Shown here: piece after piece, positions 50,402 to 60,602 of the stretch
How the letters are laid out: the number at the start of each line of letters is the position of its first letter
How positions within the stretch are numbered: position 1 is the stretch's first letter
Program-made: the position numbers and the translations under genes
Notes under the pieces: generated by a model
Seen by the model: only the letters and a program-made list of their open reading frames with translations
What the model was told of the DNA's origin: nothing
The model's database searches: none
From: an uncultured Actinomycetes bacterium
Lineage (GTDB): Bacteria > Actinomycetota > Actinomycetes > S36-B12
Direction: 5' to 3'
DNA: 63,209 nucleotides
Assembly (NCBI GenBank): GCA_903960135.1
Contig: CAJBZP010000068.1
Location: 1 to 63,209 of the forward strand

Positions 50402-51193
50402 GTGAAGTTCCTCGCCGCCCGACGACGCCAGCCCGTCGTTGCCTTGGCCATGCTGCTTTTCGCACTGGTAACGGTCGGTGGCCTTTATGCCGCAGCAGCG
50501 ACCGTGCGACCGGCCGAAGCCGCCGGCGCCGCCAGCAGCGAAACCCAGGTTGAGATGGGCAAGCAGTTATATCTAGAGGGCTGCTCCTCCTGCCACAGCC
50601 TGCAGGCCCAGGGCTCTGCAAACGGTCCGACCCTGATCGGGGTGGGCGCAGCCGCCGTTGATTTCCAGGTTTCCACCGGCCGCATGCCGCTGGCCGCCCC
50701 CGGTGTGCAATCAGTTGCTGGGCCCCCGCAATTCAACGAAGAACAAACAGCCGCACTGGCCGCCTATGTGGCATCACTGGCCCCGGGCCCGGCCATCCCC
50801 AGTGCCGAGCAGGTTGACTTCGCCAGTGCCGATGTGGCCGAGGGCGGGGTGCTCTTTCGGGTCAATTGCCAGCAATGCCATCAGGCCGCGGGCCAAGGCG
50901 GCGCACTGACCCAGGGCAAGTACGCACCCAGCCTGATGGGTGCAACTCCAACGCAGATGTACGAAGCCATGATCACCGGGCCCGAAAGTATGCCGGTCTT
51001 CAGCGATGCCACCTTGCCGGAAGAAGACAAGAAAGCGATCATGGCATATGTCGACTATTTGCAAAATGCGTCGGACCCGGGCGGGCTCTCCCTCGGCCGA
51101 CTCGGCCCGGTGACCGAAGGCCTCTTCCTATGGACTGCAGTATTTGGTGCCCTGATCGCAGTGGCCGTCTGGATTGGAATTAAGGCGCGATGA
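50402..51193 (+). CDS. qcrC: cytochrome bc1 complex dihaem cytochrome c subunit
   Basis: Two haem c motifs, CSSCH and CQQCH. C-terminal TM anchor. Confidence 0.9.
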   Translation: MKFLAARRRQPVVALAMLLFALVTVGGLYAAAATVRPAEAAGAASSETQVEMGKQLYLEGCSSCHSLQAQGSANGPTLIGVGAAAVDFQVSTGRMPLAAPGVQSVAGPPQFNEEQTAALAAYVASLAPGPAIPSAEQVDFASADVAEGGVLFRVNCQQCHQAAGQGGALTQGKYAPSLMGATPTQMYEAMITGPESMPVFSDATLPEEDKKAIMAYVDYLQNASDPGGLSLGRLGPVTEGLFLWTAVFGALIAVAVWIGIKAR

Positions 51194-52245
51194 CCGATAT
51201 CAGTACCGGATCAGGGCACGGCCCCAGCGAAAACACACCGGCCAAGCTTGGTTACTCCCCCGTTGCCGACATCCCGCATCGCCCACGGGTGGCCGACACC
51301 GATCCGAAGGCGGCACGTCGGGCAGAGCGCCAAGTTGCGTCGATGTTCATGCTGTCCATGCTTTTCGTCGTACTTTTCATCGTTGCCTACATCGCCATCG
51401 ATAAGTCCGCGACCGTCTACGTCCCCGTATTCGGTGCGGTTGGGGCAATGAATATCGCCCTCGGGTTCACTATGGGCGTAGCGATCTTCCTGATCGGTGC
51501 CGGAGCCATTCAGTGGGCAAAGAAACTGATGCCCGATGTCGAAGTCGTGCAACAGCGCCACGATTTGGTTTCACCCACCGAGGCCACCAAGGAAGCAGCG
51601 GCGAATTACGAGCGTGGCAAGGAAGAATCCGGTTTTGCGCGCTTCAAGATCATCCGCCGCACGTTGATCGGCGCCATGGTTTTGTTTCCCATCCCGCTGG
51701 TCGTGATGTTGCGCGATCTGTGGATTTCCCCCCCTGGCAACCCCAGCCCCTCAGAACTCTTGACCACCACGCTCTGGGAGGACGGCACCCGGGTGGTGAC
51801 CGACGCCACCTATTTGCCCATCCGCCCTGAAGACATCCCGGTCGGCGGCTTGGTGTCAGCGGCACCGGCCGATCTACCCGAAGTCCAAGAAGCCGAGCAC
51901 GACCTAAATGCCCGCGGCAAGGCCGCCATCATCTTGGTGCGTATGGACCCGGCCGAAATCGTCTCACAGCAAGGTGACGGCTGGGATTACCAAGGAATCC
52001 TCGCTTACTCCAAGATCTGCACCCACGTCGGTTGCCCAATTGCCCTGTATGAACAGCGCACCCACCACCTGCTCTGCCCCTGCCACCAGTCCACCTTCGA
52101 CCTTTCAGACTCAGGCAACGTGATCTTTGGCCCAGCGGCTCGCCGCATGCCCCAGTTGCCGATTGGCGTAGATGCGGAAGGATTCATAGTGGCGAAGGCA
52201 CCATTCGCTGAACCGGTCGGACCAAGTTTCTGGGAGCGTGGATGA
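51190..52245 (+). CDS. qcrA: cytochrome bc1 complex Rieske iron-sulfur subunit
   Basis: Rieske boxes CTHVGC and CPCHQS. N-terminal TM helices. Confidence 0.9.
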   Translation: MTDISTGSGHGPSENTPAKLGYSPVADIPHRPRVADTDPKAARRAERQVASMFMLSMLFVVLFIVAYIAIDKSATVYVPVFGAVGAMNIALGFTMGVAIFLIGAGAIQWAKKLMPDVEVVQQRHDLVSPTEATKEAAANYERGKEESGFARFKIIRRTLIGAMVLFPIPLVVMLRDLWISPPGNPSPSELLTTTLWEDGTRVVTDATYLPIRPEDIPVGGLVSAAPADLPEVQEAEHDLNARGKAAIILVRMDPAEIVSQQGDGWDYQGILAYSKICTHVGCPIALYEQRTHHLLCPCHQSTFDLSDSGNVIFGPAARRMPQLPIGVDAEGFIVAKAPFAEPVGPSFWERG

Positions 52246-54014
52246 GCACGACGAATCCGGCAGCGGCTAGTCCGGCCGCAGCTAGTCCAATCGAAGCCGC
52301 CGGCGGTGGCGTTGCCACTTATGTTGATCAACGGGTGGGCAGCAACAAGTTCTTGGGGCGCAACCTCGGCAAGGTCTTTCCGGACCATTGGTCCTTCATG
52401 CTGGGTGAAATTGCCCTTTACAGCTTCCTGGTAGTACTTCTCTCCGGGGTCTACTTGACTTTATTCTTCAAGCCCTCCATGGTCGAGGTCATCTACAACG
52501 GCTCGTATGTACCCCTCAAAGGCATCGAGATGTCTGAGGCTTACGCATCGACCCTCGACATCTCATTCGATGTGCGCGGCGGGCTCTTGATCCGCCAGAT
52601 GCATCACTGGGCGGCCCTGATCTTCGTAGCGGCAATTGCAGTGCATATGTTCCGGGTTTTCTTCACCGGCGCATTCCGCAAGCCACGCGAATTCAACTGG
52701 ATACTCGGCGTCGGTTTGGCCACCTTGGCCCTGGCCGCCGGGTTCTCCGGTTACTCACTGCCCGATGACCTACTCTCCGGCACCGGACTACAGATCGCCC
52801 GCGGCATCGTGCAGTCCATCCCAATTGTCGGCACCTGGGGAGCGTTCTTGCTATTTGGTGGCGAATTCCCCGGCACCGACTTCATCTCCAGGCTCTACGG
52901 CATCCATATCCTGCTAGTCCCCGGGCTAATTCTCGCCCTTGTCACCGTGCACCTGATGCTGGTCTGGACCCAAAAGCACACCCAGTTCCCCGGCCCGGGC
53001 CGCACCAATAACAACGTGGTCGGCTACCCCCTTATGCCGGTGTACATGGCAAAAGCGGGCGGCTTCTTCTTCATTGTGTTCGGCATCTGCACCCTGATCG
53101 CCGGGCTCGTGACAATTAACCCAATTTGGCTTTTCGGGCCCTACACCCCAGACCAAGTTAGCGCCGGTTCACAGCCAGACTGGTACATCGGTTGGCTCGA
53201 TGGGGCGCTGCGGATCATGCCGAATCTTGAGTCGTACTTGTTCGGCTACACCATCTCCTGGAACATCTTGATCCCCGCGGTAATCATGCCCGGGATCGTC
53301 TTCACCGCCCTTGCCCTATATCCATTCCTCGAGGCATGGGTCACCGGCGACAAGCGCGAGCATCACCTCTTGGACCGCCCGCGCAACACCCCAACGCGCA
53401 CCGGAATTGGGGTCATGGCCATTACCTTCTATGGCTTGCTCTGGATCGGTGGCGGTAACGACATCATCGCAACTAGTTTCAACCTAACCATCAACTCAAT
53501 TACCTGGTTCCTTCGCATCACCATCTTCGTGCTGCCACCGATCGCCTTCGTGGTAACCAAGCGCATCTGCTTGGCCCTGCAGCGCCGCGACCGCGATAAA
53601 TTACTCCACGGTTACGAAACCGGACGAGTGCTACGCCTGCCCCATGGCGAGTTCATCGAGGTGCACGAAACCATCAATTACAAGGAGATGGCGGTCATCA
53701 CCTCTAAGAGCGACATCGCGCCGTTGCCGGCTCCGGTCAAGGTCGACGCCGACGGTGTTGCCAACCGTAAGTACCGGATCCAGTCGCTGCGTGCCAAGCT
53801 CAGCAACTTCTTCTACGCTGACAACATCACCAAGCCAACCACCGCGGAGATCGAAGCCGCCCAGCACCATATCGATCATGATGCCGCCCTTGAGGCTCCG
53901 CTGCATGCCTATGAGGACGCCGATGAAATCCGCAACGCTCACGGCGGCGTGCTGCACCACCCCGGGATGGCGAACACCAACGCCGAGCAGTTGGCCGGGC
54001 GTACCGACCACTGA
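52242..54014 (+). CDS. qcrB: cytochrome bc1 complex cytochrome b subunit
   Basis: 590 aa polytopic protein. RQMHHWAA and HILLVPG haem-ligand regions. Long C-terminal extension typical of Actinobacteria. Confidence 0.9.
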   Translation: MSTTNPAAASPAAASPIEAAGGGVATYVDQRVGSNKFLGRNLGKVFPDHWSFMLGEIALYSFLVVLLSGVYLTLFFKPSMVEVIYNGSYVPLKGIEMSEAYASTLDISFDVRGGLLIRQMHHWAALIFVAAIAVHMFRVFFTGAFRKPREFNWILGVGLATLALAAGFSGYSLPDDLLSGTGLQIARGIVQSIPIVGTWGAFLLFGGEFPGTDFISRLYGIHILLVPGLILALVTVHLMLVWTQKHTQFPGPGRTNNNVVGYPLMPVYMAKAGGFFFIVFGICTLIAGLVTINPIWLFGPYTPDQVSAGSQPDWYIGWLDGALRIMPNLESYLFGYTISWNILIPAVIMPGIVFTALALYPFLEAWVTGDKREHHLLDRPRNTPTRTGIGVMAITFYGLLWIGGGNDIIATSFNLTINSITWFLRITIFVLPPIAFVVTKRICLALQRRDRDKLLHGYETGRVLRLPHGEFIEVHETINYKEMAVITSKSDIAPLPAPVKVDADGVANRKYRIQSLRAKLSNFFYADNITKPTTAEIEAAQHHIDHDAALEAPLHAYEDADEIRNAHGGVLHHPGMANTNAEQLAGRTDH

Positions 54015-54119
54015 GAACTCGTTCAACGTAACTAAAGAACGCCTTAAGTCCTCTGGGTGAAGAGTTAGCACATAGACCTAGGTATATACGTTCACTTTTA
54101 AGATTTTTTGCACGTTCTG

Positions 54120-54149
54120 GGCCATCACGGGCAAAATTAGGTGATGGCC
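54120..54149. promoter_or_regulatory. 9-bp inverted repeat GGCCATCAC-N12-GTGATGGCC
   Basis: Read directly. The right arm covers the GTG/ATG start of the DUF3024-like ORF. It lies at the end of an AT-rich stretch. Confidence 0.3.
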
Positions 54150-54394
54150 ATCCCAGAGACTGACAGCCTTCCAATTGGCATCTGCTCTCGTGCGCGGGTG
54201 CCGCAGGCGTTGTGGAACGAACTGCGTGTCGAGTGCGAGATCGCGGATCGCCACGTGACGATCGTTGAGACTCGCCAGCCATGGGACGGGGAGGACCGGC
54301 CGTGGACCCGGTTCCCGATTACCCGATTGCGGTACTCGTGCAACCATTACTTGATCACATTGCCGATAGCGGAGATCCGATCTTCTGGGGTTGA
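54141..54394 (+). pseudogene. DUF3024-like gene with internal deletion and frameshift
   Basis: N-terminal VPQALWNELRVECEIADRHVTIVETRQPWDGEDRPWTRFPITRLRY matches my recollection of DUF3024. The family C-terminus reappears in the +1 frame as LVQPLLDHIADSGDPIFWG* (stop 54392-54394). The expected middle segment is missing. Confidence 0.45.
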
Positions 54395-54512
54395 GCATCA
54401 GCATCCCGCATGTGCCAAGACGCTACTTCGCCAACTGGGCAATCGGGGGGTTATTCCCCCGGGCGATCGCGGTCGACGTCGCGATGGAACTCTTCAGGAC
54501 AAGAAGCGGGGT

Positions 54513-54908
54513 TTAGTGGGCGAATTCGCCCCGGTAGTACTCAAAGAGCCAACCAACCAATGCGATGAGAAGTGAGACAACCCCAAGCACCAGCAGCCAG
54601 ACCGCGAAAATTAACCCAAAAACCACCAACACGGTCGCAAAGCCAACGACTAACGGCCACCACGAATGCGGGCTGAAGAACCCGTATTCGGGATCGGCCT
54701 CGTCAATATTTGCATCAAGGCGATCCTCCGGCCGGGGGTATACCCGCTTGGATGTGTAGAGCACATAGAAGGCCACCAAGAAGGCCAGCGCCCCGGAAAG
54801 GGCTAGCGCGGTGGTACCGATCGGATCACGGGACAGGTACCAGTAGGCGGCCGCGGTGAGCGGGAAGAAGATCGCACCTAGGGCGAAGATGGCGCCTTCA
54901 ATCCTCAC
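54513..54908 (-). CDS. ctaF: cytochrome c oxidase subunit IV (actinobacterial CtaF)
   Basis: 131 aa with 4 TM helices, [15 protein letters not shown]... 4-nt overlap with ctaD. Confidence 0.8.
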   Translation of the reverse strand: MRIEGAIFALGAIFFPLTAAAYWYLSRDPIGTTALALSGALAFLVAFYVLYTSKRVYPRPEDRLDANIDEADPEYGFFSPHSWWPLVVGFATVLVVFGLIFAVWLLVLGVVSLLIALVGWLFEYYRGEFAH

Positions 54909-56602
54909 GGCTTTGACCCTTCGACAGCTGGTGCGTGGGTACTTATCGCTAGCTCGGGATGGTGCAGGTCAAAGGCTGGCCGCTCCGACCGGATCTTGGG
55001 TATCGACACGAAGTTGTGGCGTGGCGGCGGGCACGAGGTCGCCCACTCCAGTGAGCCACCCCAGCCCCACGGGTCATCAACGCCGACTAATGGCGCAGTG
55101 CGGGTGGTCTTGATTACGTTCCAGAAGAAGAACAGCGAAGAGATGCCCAGAATCGCCGCGCCCACGGTCGAGACCGCATTGAGCGTGGAAAAGCCATCCG
55201 AGGGCAGGTAATCTCCGTAACGACGCGGCATGCCCTGCACGCCCAGCCAGTGCTGCACCAGGAACGTCGTCTGGAAACCTACGAACAGCAGCCAGAAGTG
55301 GATCTTGCCGAGGCGCTCATCGAGCATTTTTCCGGTCATCTTGGGCCACCAGAAGTAGAGGCCGGCGAAGAACATGAAGACTACGGTGCCAAAGACCGTG
55401 TAGTGGAAATGTGCAACCACGAAGTAGCTATCGGACAGGTGGAAGTCAAGCGGCGGCGACGACAAGATAATGCCCGTGAGCCCGCCGAACAAGAACGTGA
55501 ACATAAAGCCCATGGTCCACAGCATCGGGGTGTCAAAAGCGACAGAGCCCTTCCACATGGTGCCGATCCAATTGAAGAATTTCACTCCCGTCGGCACCGC
55601 GATCAGCATCGTCATGAAGGCAAAGAAAGGCAGATAAACCGAGCCAGTCACGTAGAGGTGGTGCGCCCAAACGGCCATGGAAAGGGCACCGATCGCCAAG
55701 GTCGCGAAGACTAAGCCCTTGTACCCAAAAATTGGCTTACGGGAGAATACCGGGATGATTTCACTGGCAATGCCGAAGAAGGGTAACGCCAAAATGTAGA
55801 CCTCTGGGTGACCGAAGAACCAGAAGAGGTGCTGCCACAGCATCGCGCCACCGTTTTCCGATGCGAAGACGACCGCACCATAGTTGCGGTCGATGAATGC
55901 GAGTGCTAGCGCAGCGGCCAGCACCGGGAAGGCGAGCAGCACCAGCACACTGGTCACGAAGATCGTCCAAGTAAATATCGGCATCCGGAACATCGTCATA
56001 CCAGGGGCGCGCATGCAGAAAATCGTTGTCACGAAGTTTACCGAGCCAAGAATTGTGCCCAGGCCGCCCATGGCCAGGCCCAATAGCCACAGGTCACCGC
56101 CCACCTCGGGCGAGTAGACCGCATTGCTCAACGGTGCATAGGCAAACCAGCCGAAAGCCGCCGCGCCGCCGGGGGTCAGGAATCCCGCTGCCGCCGTCAG
56201 ACCACCAAAGACGAAGAGCCAAAGACCGAGCATGTTAAGCCGCGGGAATGCCACATCCGGCGAGCCGATCTGCAACGGCATGATGACATTTGCGTAGCCA
56301 ACAAACAGTGGCGTGGCGAACAGGAACAACATGATCGTTCCATGCATGGTGAATAACTGGTTGTATTGCTCAAGGGAGATGAATTGCAGACCGGGGATGG
56401 CCAGTTCGGCTCTAATGGCTAAGGCCATTGCGCCGGCAGCAAAGAACCAAAATGTGGAAAGCATCAGATACATGTAACCGATGACTTTATGGTCGGTAGA
56501 AGTCAGCCACGACACCACGATCGAGCCGCGGCTTTTCTTCTTGCGCTGCGGCGCCTCGGGCAGTTGGTCTGAAATGTCGACGCGGTCGCTGAGAATCGTC
56601 AT
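54905..56602 (-). CDS. ctaD: cytochrome c oxidase subunit I
   Basis: 565 aa. [11 protein letters not shown] and HHLYVTG-type haem/CuB ligand regions. Confidence 0.95.
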   Translation of the reverse strand: MTILSDRVDISDQLPEAPQRKKKSRGSIVVSWLTSTDHKVIGYMYLMLSTFWFFAAGAMALAIRAELAIPGLQFISLEQYNQLFTMHGTIMLFLFATPLFVGYANVIMPLQIGSPDVAFPRLNMLGLWLFVFGGLTAAAGFLTPGGAAAFGWFAYAPLSNAVYSPEVGGDLWLLGLAMGGLGTILGSVNFVTTIFCMRAPGMTMFRMPIFTWTIFVTSVLVLLAFPVLAAALALAFIDRNYGAVVFASENGGAMLWQHLFWFFGHPEVYILALPFFGIASEIIPVFSRKPIFGYKGLVFATLAIGALSMAVWAHHLYVTGSVYLPFFAFMTMLIAVPTGVKFFNWIGTMWKGSVAFDTPMLWTMGFMFTFLFGGLTGIILSSPPLDFHLSDSYFVVAHFHYTVFGTVVFMFFAGLYFWWPKMTGKMLDERLGKIHFWLLFVGFQTTFLVQHWLGVQGMPRRYGDYLPSDGFSTLNAVSTVGAAILGISSLFFFWNVIKTTRTAPLVGVDDPWGWGGSLEWATSCPPPRHNFVSIPKIRSERPAFDLHHPELAISTHAPAVEGSKP

Positions 56603-57432
56603 ATGGTTGTCTCCTCGGGCATCTGACCCTCGTCGGTGCTTCTACCGGTATCCAACAAACCTGACTGCCCCTGCGCTCTCAATTGCTCCACATAAGCGTC
56701 AAATTCGGCGCGCTCGACCACTTTGACGGTAAACAACATACTTGAGTGCTCCACCCCGCATAGCTCTGCGCACCGGCCCGGGTAGGTGCCGATTTTGTCG
56801 GGTGTTAACTCAAAGGCATTCGTCTTGCCGGGGATTACGTCCATCTTGAATAAGAAATCTGGCACCCAAAATGAGTGGATCACATCCGGCGAGGTGAGTT
56901 CGAAGCGAACTTTTTCATTAACGGGCAGCACCAGCACCGCAATTTGCGCCGGGCTGCCCACCGCGTAGACATCCTCATCCAGGTAGTTAAAGCCCCAGTT
57001 CCAGCGATACGCGACCACATTGACCGTTTGGGCCTGGTCATTCTCCATCGTCAGAAGTTCACTTTGATCTCGCGCGGTGAACCAGAACAAGCCGAGAATC
57101 ATGATGAGAGGAACAATCGTATAAAGCAATTCAAGGGGCAGGTTGTAGGTGGTCTGCTCGGGAACTTCGTTCTTGTGCCGGCGGCGATAGGCCACCGCAG
57201 CCCACAGCATCAGCCCCCAAGTCACGATCCCGACGCCCCAGGCGGCCAACCAAGAACCGTTCCAGAGATTTAAGATTAGGTGGGCTTCCTTCGAAGCCGG
57301 TTCTGGCATATCAAAGAAAAAAGCCTCATTGGCGGTGCAGCCACTCAATAGCCCCGCCGCGGCCACGGTGCCAAGGACGATAACCAGCGCGCGCGGACGG
57401 CGCAGGCGCGCCGCCACCATAGACAAACCCAC
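56599..57432 (-). CDS. ctaC: cytochrome c oxidase subunit II
   Basis: 277 aa. Lipoprotein-like signal LLSGC. CuA site DVIHSF...[12 protein letters not shown]. Confidence 0.9.
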   Translation of the reverse strand: MGLSMVAARLRRPRALVIVLGTVAAAGLLSGCTANEAFFFDMPEPASKEAHLILNLWNGSWLAAWGVGIVTWGLMLWAAVAYRRRHKNEVPEQTTYNLPLELLYTIVPLIMILGLFWFTARDQSELLTMENDQAQTVNVVAYRWNWGFNYLDEDVYAVGSPAQIAVLVLPVNEKVRFELTSPDVIHSFWVPDFLFKMDVIPGKTNAFELTPDKIGTYPGRCAELCGVEHSSMLFTVKVVERAEFDAYVEQLRAQGQSGLLDTGRSTDEGQMPEETTI

Positions 57433-57562
57433 GAAACGCCCTCCGCTGGAAGCTTGAACTCGCCCTTACATTAGCGCCTAAGAGTCAAGGTTGCCTTCTC
57501 ACCCCGGGCAAATTGACGTGAGGTCTTCACCACATAATTCGGGCCCGACTAACGTGCTGCCT

Positions 57563-58675
57563 ATGGGTAGTAATTGGCAGCCACCCCCCGGGCTACTTGA
57601 CGGTGTCGGCGGCCAGCCGGCGTCAGCCACCGCGGCCGCGGCCCAGGTTGCTGCTGCTGCGCTGGCCTGGGCAGATCCGCGATCCCTTCACCATGCTGGC
57701 CGCCGCAGTGACGGGCTCCTTGCTGCGGCCCGCCGCAGTATCGCCGACAGTGTGTCCGCCGCCGCGGGCACGACCATCCACGCCGACGAGGTCTATTTCA
57801 CCCCGTCGGCCCTGGCGGCACAGACCATCGCCCTCGCCGGCTGCCCGGGCCCGGTTGTCATGAGCGCCGTTGAAACCGCAGCACTACTAGATCTCGGCGA
57901 CTTACGAGAACACTCGCAAGTCATCGGAGTTGACGCCCTCGGCCGCGTTGATGTCGCCGCATTCGGCCAGGCCGCGGCCGGCAAGGCCATAGCCGCCCTG
58001 CAGCTGGCCAATAGCGAGGTAGGCACCTGCCAGCCGATTGAGCAGGTGGCAGCGGCTAACCCGGCGCTGCCGATCTTGATGGACGCCACCGGAGGGCTGG
58101 GGCGGATCCAATTGCCCACGGGGTGGGCCATGCTCACCGCTGGAGCCGGCGGGTGGGCTGGCCCGGCCGGGGTCGCCATCTTGGTAGTGCGCCGCGGCGG
58201 GCGGTGGGTTTCACCACCGGCAAGTGAGCGCGGCCTCCTCGGCGGCTTCGCCGATATCCCCGGGGCCGTTGGTGCTGCCACCGCCCTTGCCGAACTCAGT
58301 GCCGAACAAGATGCCCAACATGATCAAGCATTCGCAAATATCGAATTACTTAGAGCCGGTATCGCCACCAAGATCGCTGATGTCGAAGTCTTAGGTGATG
58401 GGGTCTGGCGCCTACCGCATATCCTCGCGTTTTCCGTGCTTTATGTCTCCGGTGAGGCCCTGGTACTCGAACTAGATAAGCGCGGGTTCGCCGTCGCAAG
58501 CGGCTCAGCCTGCGTTGCCGAGGAGGCCCGGCCCAGCCACGTGCTAGCGGCAATGGGTGCCTATACGGGTGGCAATATCCGAATTTCCCTGCCCCTTGGC
58601 TGCACCACCGAAACGGTTGTGGGCTTCCTCGATGCGCTACCTGATGCGGTTGCCGCGGTTCGAGCCGATAACTAG
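57563..58675 (+). CDS. cysteine desulfurase paralog lacking the PLP-binding lysine
   Basis: Class V aminotransferase-like. The C-terminal Cys loop ASGSACVAEEARPSHVLAAMG is retained. The segment aligned to SSHKIGGPFGVGALIV of the canonical paralog reads GAGGWAGPAGVAILVV, with no Lys. The start is uncertain, between 57491 and 57563. Confidence 0.7.
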   Translation: MGSNWQPPPGLLDGVGGQPASATAAAAQVAAAALAWADPRSLHHAGRRSDGLLAAARRSIADSVSAAAGTTIHADEVYFTPSALAAQTIALAGCPGPVVMSAVETAALLDLGDLREHSQVIGVDALGRVDVAAFGQAAAGKAIAALQLANSEVGTCQPIEQVAAANPALPILMDATGGLGRIQLPTGWAMLTAGAGGWAGPAGVAILVVRRGGRWVSPPASERGLLGGFADIPGAVGAATALAELSAEQDAQHDQAFANIELLRAGIATKIADVEVLGDGVWRLPHILAFSVLYVSGEALVLELDKRGFAVASGSACVAEEARPSHVLAAMGAYTGGNIRISLPLGCTTETVVGFLDALPDAVAAVRADN

Positions 58676-58920
58676 TGGACACGCAGATTTGGCTTGATGA
58701 ACGCGGCCGGCGCTGCCCGCTGCCGATCATCGCACTTAATCGCGCTGCCACGGAGCATCCCGCCGGCACCGTCATTGCCTTGCTAAGTGACGATCCGGCA
58801 GCAACATTCGATGTGCCCGCATGGTGCCGGCTGAAGAACGCGACGCTACTTAGTGAAAGTACGCCACCAGATGGCGGGGCTGGTTCGGTTTTTCGCGTGC
58901 AGGTTAACGCAGCAACCTAG
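58675..58920 (+). CDS. TusA/SirA-family sulfur carrier
   Basis: 81 aa. RGRRCPLPIIAL contains the CPxP persulfide-carrier motif. The GTG start overlaps the upstream stop by 1 nt. Confidence 0.75.
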   Translation: MDTQIWLDERGRRCPLPIIALNRAATEHPAGTVIALLSDDPAATFDVPAWCRLKNATLLSESTPPDGGAGSVFRVQVNAAT

Positions 58921-59579
58921 TTGGCAAAACAGGGTTCAAGTAGCAGCGCGCTTTTCAGGTCAGACAAATACTCTGCCCGCGAAATGGCGATCGCCCCAAG
59001 GCTTGCAAGGTGGTTGGTGCGCCACTGCACATCGATGAACCTGCCCTCGCCACACGTGCGCAATTTATTCACAAGAGCTACGAGGGCGACCTTGGATGCA
59101 TCACGTTCGCGGTGGAACATCGACTCCCCCGCAAAAAGCCCCCCAATCTCAATACCGTACAAACCACCGACCAGCTCCCCGGTGCGCCAAACCTCGATCG
59201 AGTGCGCCCACCCCATGTCGTGCAGTGTCGAGTAAGTGGCGATGAAATCCTCGGTAATCCAAAGACCATCTCGGCGGGAGTCACCGCACTCTCGCATCAC
59301 CCGAGCGAACGCCTGATCAATGGTGATTTCGAATCGACCGCTTGATTTGCGGAGGGATCTACTTACCCGAAAGTCCACTAGGCGCAATATCCCCCTGGGA
59401 TCAGGTGACCACCAACCGAGCTCACCGGTATCCACGTGCATCGGAAATAAGCCCATTCGGTAAGCCTGCAAAACGGTCCCCGGCGCCAGATCGGCCCCGA
59501 GGCCAACTAGGTCTTGGTCAGGTGCCGCTAGCGCTGGGTCCGGCAGCAGCCATTCACCGGGGGCTGGCTCTACGCGCAT
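58917..59579 (-). CDS. aat: leucyl/phenylalanyl-tRNA-protein transferase
   Basis: 220 aa. GLFPM, WWSPDPRGIL, GESMFHRERDASK motifs. Confidence 0.85.
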   Translation of the reverse strand: MRVEPAPGEWLLPDPALAAPDQDLVGLGADLAPGTVLQAYRMGLFPMHVDTGELGWWSPDPRGILRLVDFRVSRSLRKSSGRFEITIDQAFARVMRECGDSRRDGLWITEDFIATYSTLHDMGWAHSIEVWRTGELVGGLYGIEIGGLFAGESMFHRERDASKVALVALVNKLRTCGEGRFIDVQWRTNHLASLGAIAISRAEYLSDLKSALLLEPCFAN

Positions 59580-59597
59580 GGCGTTACTTGGAACTAC

Positions 59598-60584
59598 TTA
59601 CGGCCGTGGGCAGGAAATATGCGGCTCAATATCTGCTGCGGCATCATCACCATAGGTCTTGGCGATCCGCTCCAAGAAGTGCCGCTGGGCAATCGAGTAC
59701 TCCTGCGTGCCGATGGTTTCAATGACATAAGTCGCCAAGAGTGAACCGATTTGCGCACTGCGCTCATCACTAAGGCTCCATGCCTGCCCAGCAAGGAAAC
59801 CGGCACGGAATGCATCGCCAACCCCGGTCGGATCGGCCTTACGATCCTCAGCGGGGCAGGTTACGGTCACCGCCGGCTCACCACGTCGCTCAATGCGCGC
59901 ACCATCTGGGCCTAATGTCGTGACACGGACTTCAACCCGAGATGCGATGTCTTGGGCGGTCCAACCGGTCTTTTGATGAATCAGCGCGGATTCATACTCG
60001 TTGGTGAAAAGCAGTGCCGCGCCCTCAACAAGTGGGCGGATTTCGTCGCCATCCATCCGCGCAAGTTGCTGGCTTGGGTCGGCAGCAAAAGGCATACCGC
60101 GAAAGCGGCACTCATCGGTGTGCCGAAGCATCGCTTCGGGATCATTGGGGCCAATTAGCACCATGTCAGCGCTGCCTACGCGGTCGATGACCGGCTGCAG
60201 TTCAATGCCACGAGCTTCCGACATCGCGCCTGGATAAAACGAGGCAATTTGATTCTGCTCTAAATCGGTCGTGCAGACAAAGCGTGCCGTGTGATGGACA
60301 TCGGAGATGAGAACCGAGGAGGTATCAACACCGTGCCGTTGCAACCACGAACCGTAATCGCTGAAGTCGGCACCAACCGCGCCGACGAGCACCGGGTTAA
60401 GCCCAAGGCAGCCCATGCCAAAAGCGATATTGGCAGCTACGCCGCCGCGCCGGATCTCTAGGGCCTCAACCAAGAAGGACAAGGAGATCTTGTCCAACTT
60501 GTCGGCCACGAGCGAATCGGCGAACCGACCCGGAAACGTCATCAGATGATCGGTCGCGATGGACCCGGTGATTAGGACAGCCAC
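59598..60584 (-). CDS. adoK: PfkB-family adenosine kinase
   Basis: 328 aa. The N-terminus MAVLITGSIATDHLMTFPGRFADSL...SLSFLV...RGGVAANIAF closely parallels mycobacterial AdoK as I recall it. C-terminal DPTGVGDAFRAGF. Confidence 0.75.
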   Translation of the reverse strand: MAVLITGSIATDHLMTFPGRFADSLVADKLDKISLSFLVEALEIRRGGVAANIAFGMGCLGLNPVLVGAVGADFSDYGSWLQRHGVDTSSVLISDVHHTARFVCTTDLEQNQIASFYPGAMSEARGIELQPVIDRVGSADMVLIGPNDPEAMLRHTDECRFRGMPFAADPSQQLARMDGDEIRPLVEGAALLFTNEYESALIHQKTGWTAQDIASRVEVRVTTLGPDGARIERRGEPAVTVTCPAEDRKADPTGVGDAFRAGFLAGQAWSLSDERSAQIGSLLATYVIETIGTQEYSIAQRHFLERIAKTYGDDAAADIEPHISCPRP

Positions 60585-60602
60585 GCCTGCAGACCCTACC
60601 TG

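Noticed and set aside
54395-54575. C-terminal 60 residues of the 144-aa track ORF 54141-54575
   Set aside because: This part overlaps the ctaF 3' end on the other strand and has an Arg/Gly-rich composition. The DUF3024-like C-terminus is found in the +1 frame ending at 54394, so it is interpreted as a read-through of a frameshifted pseudogene.
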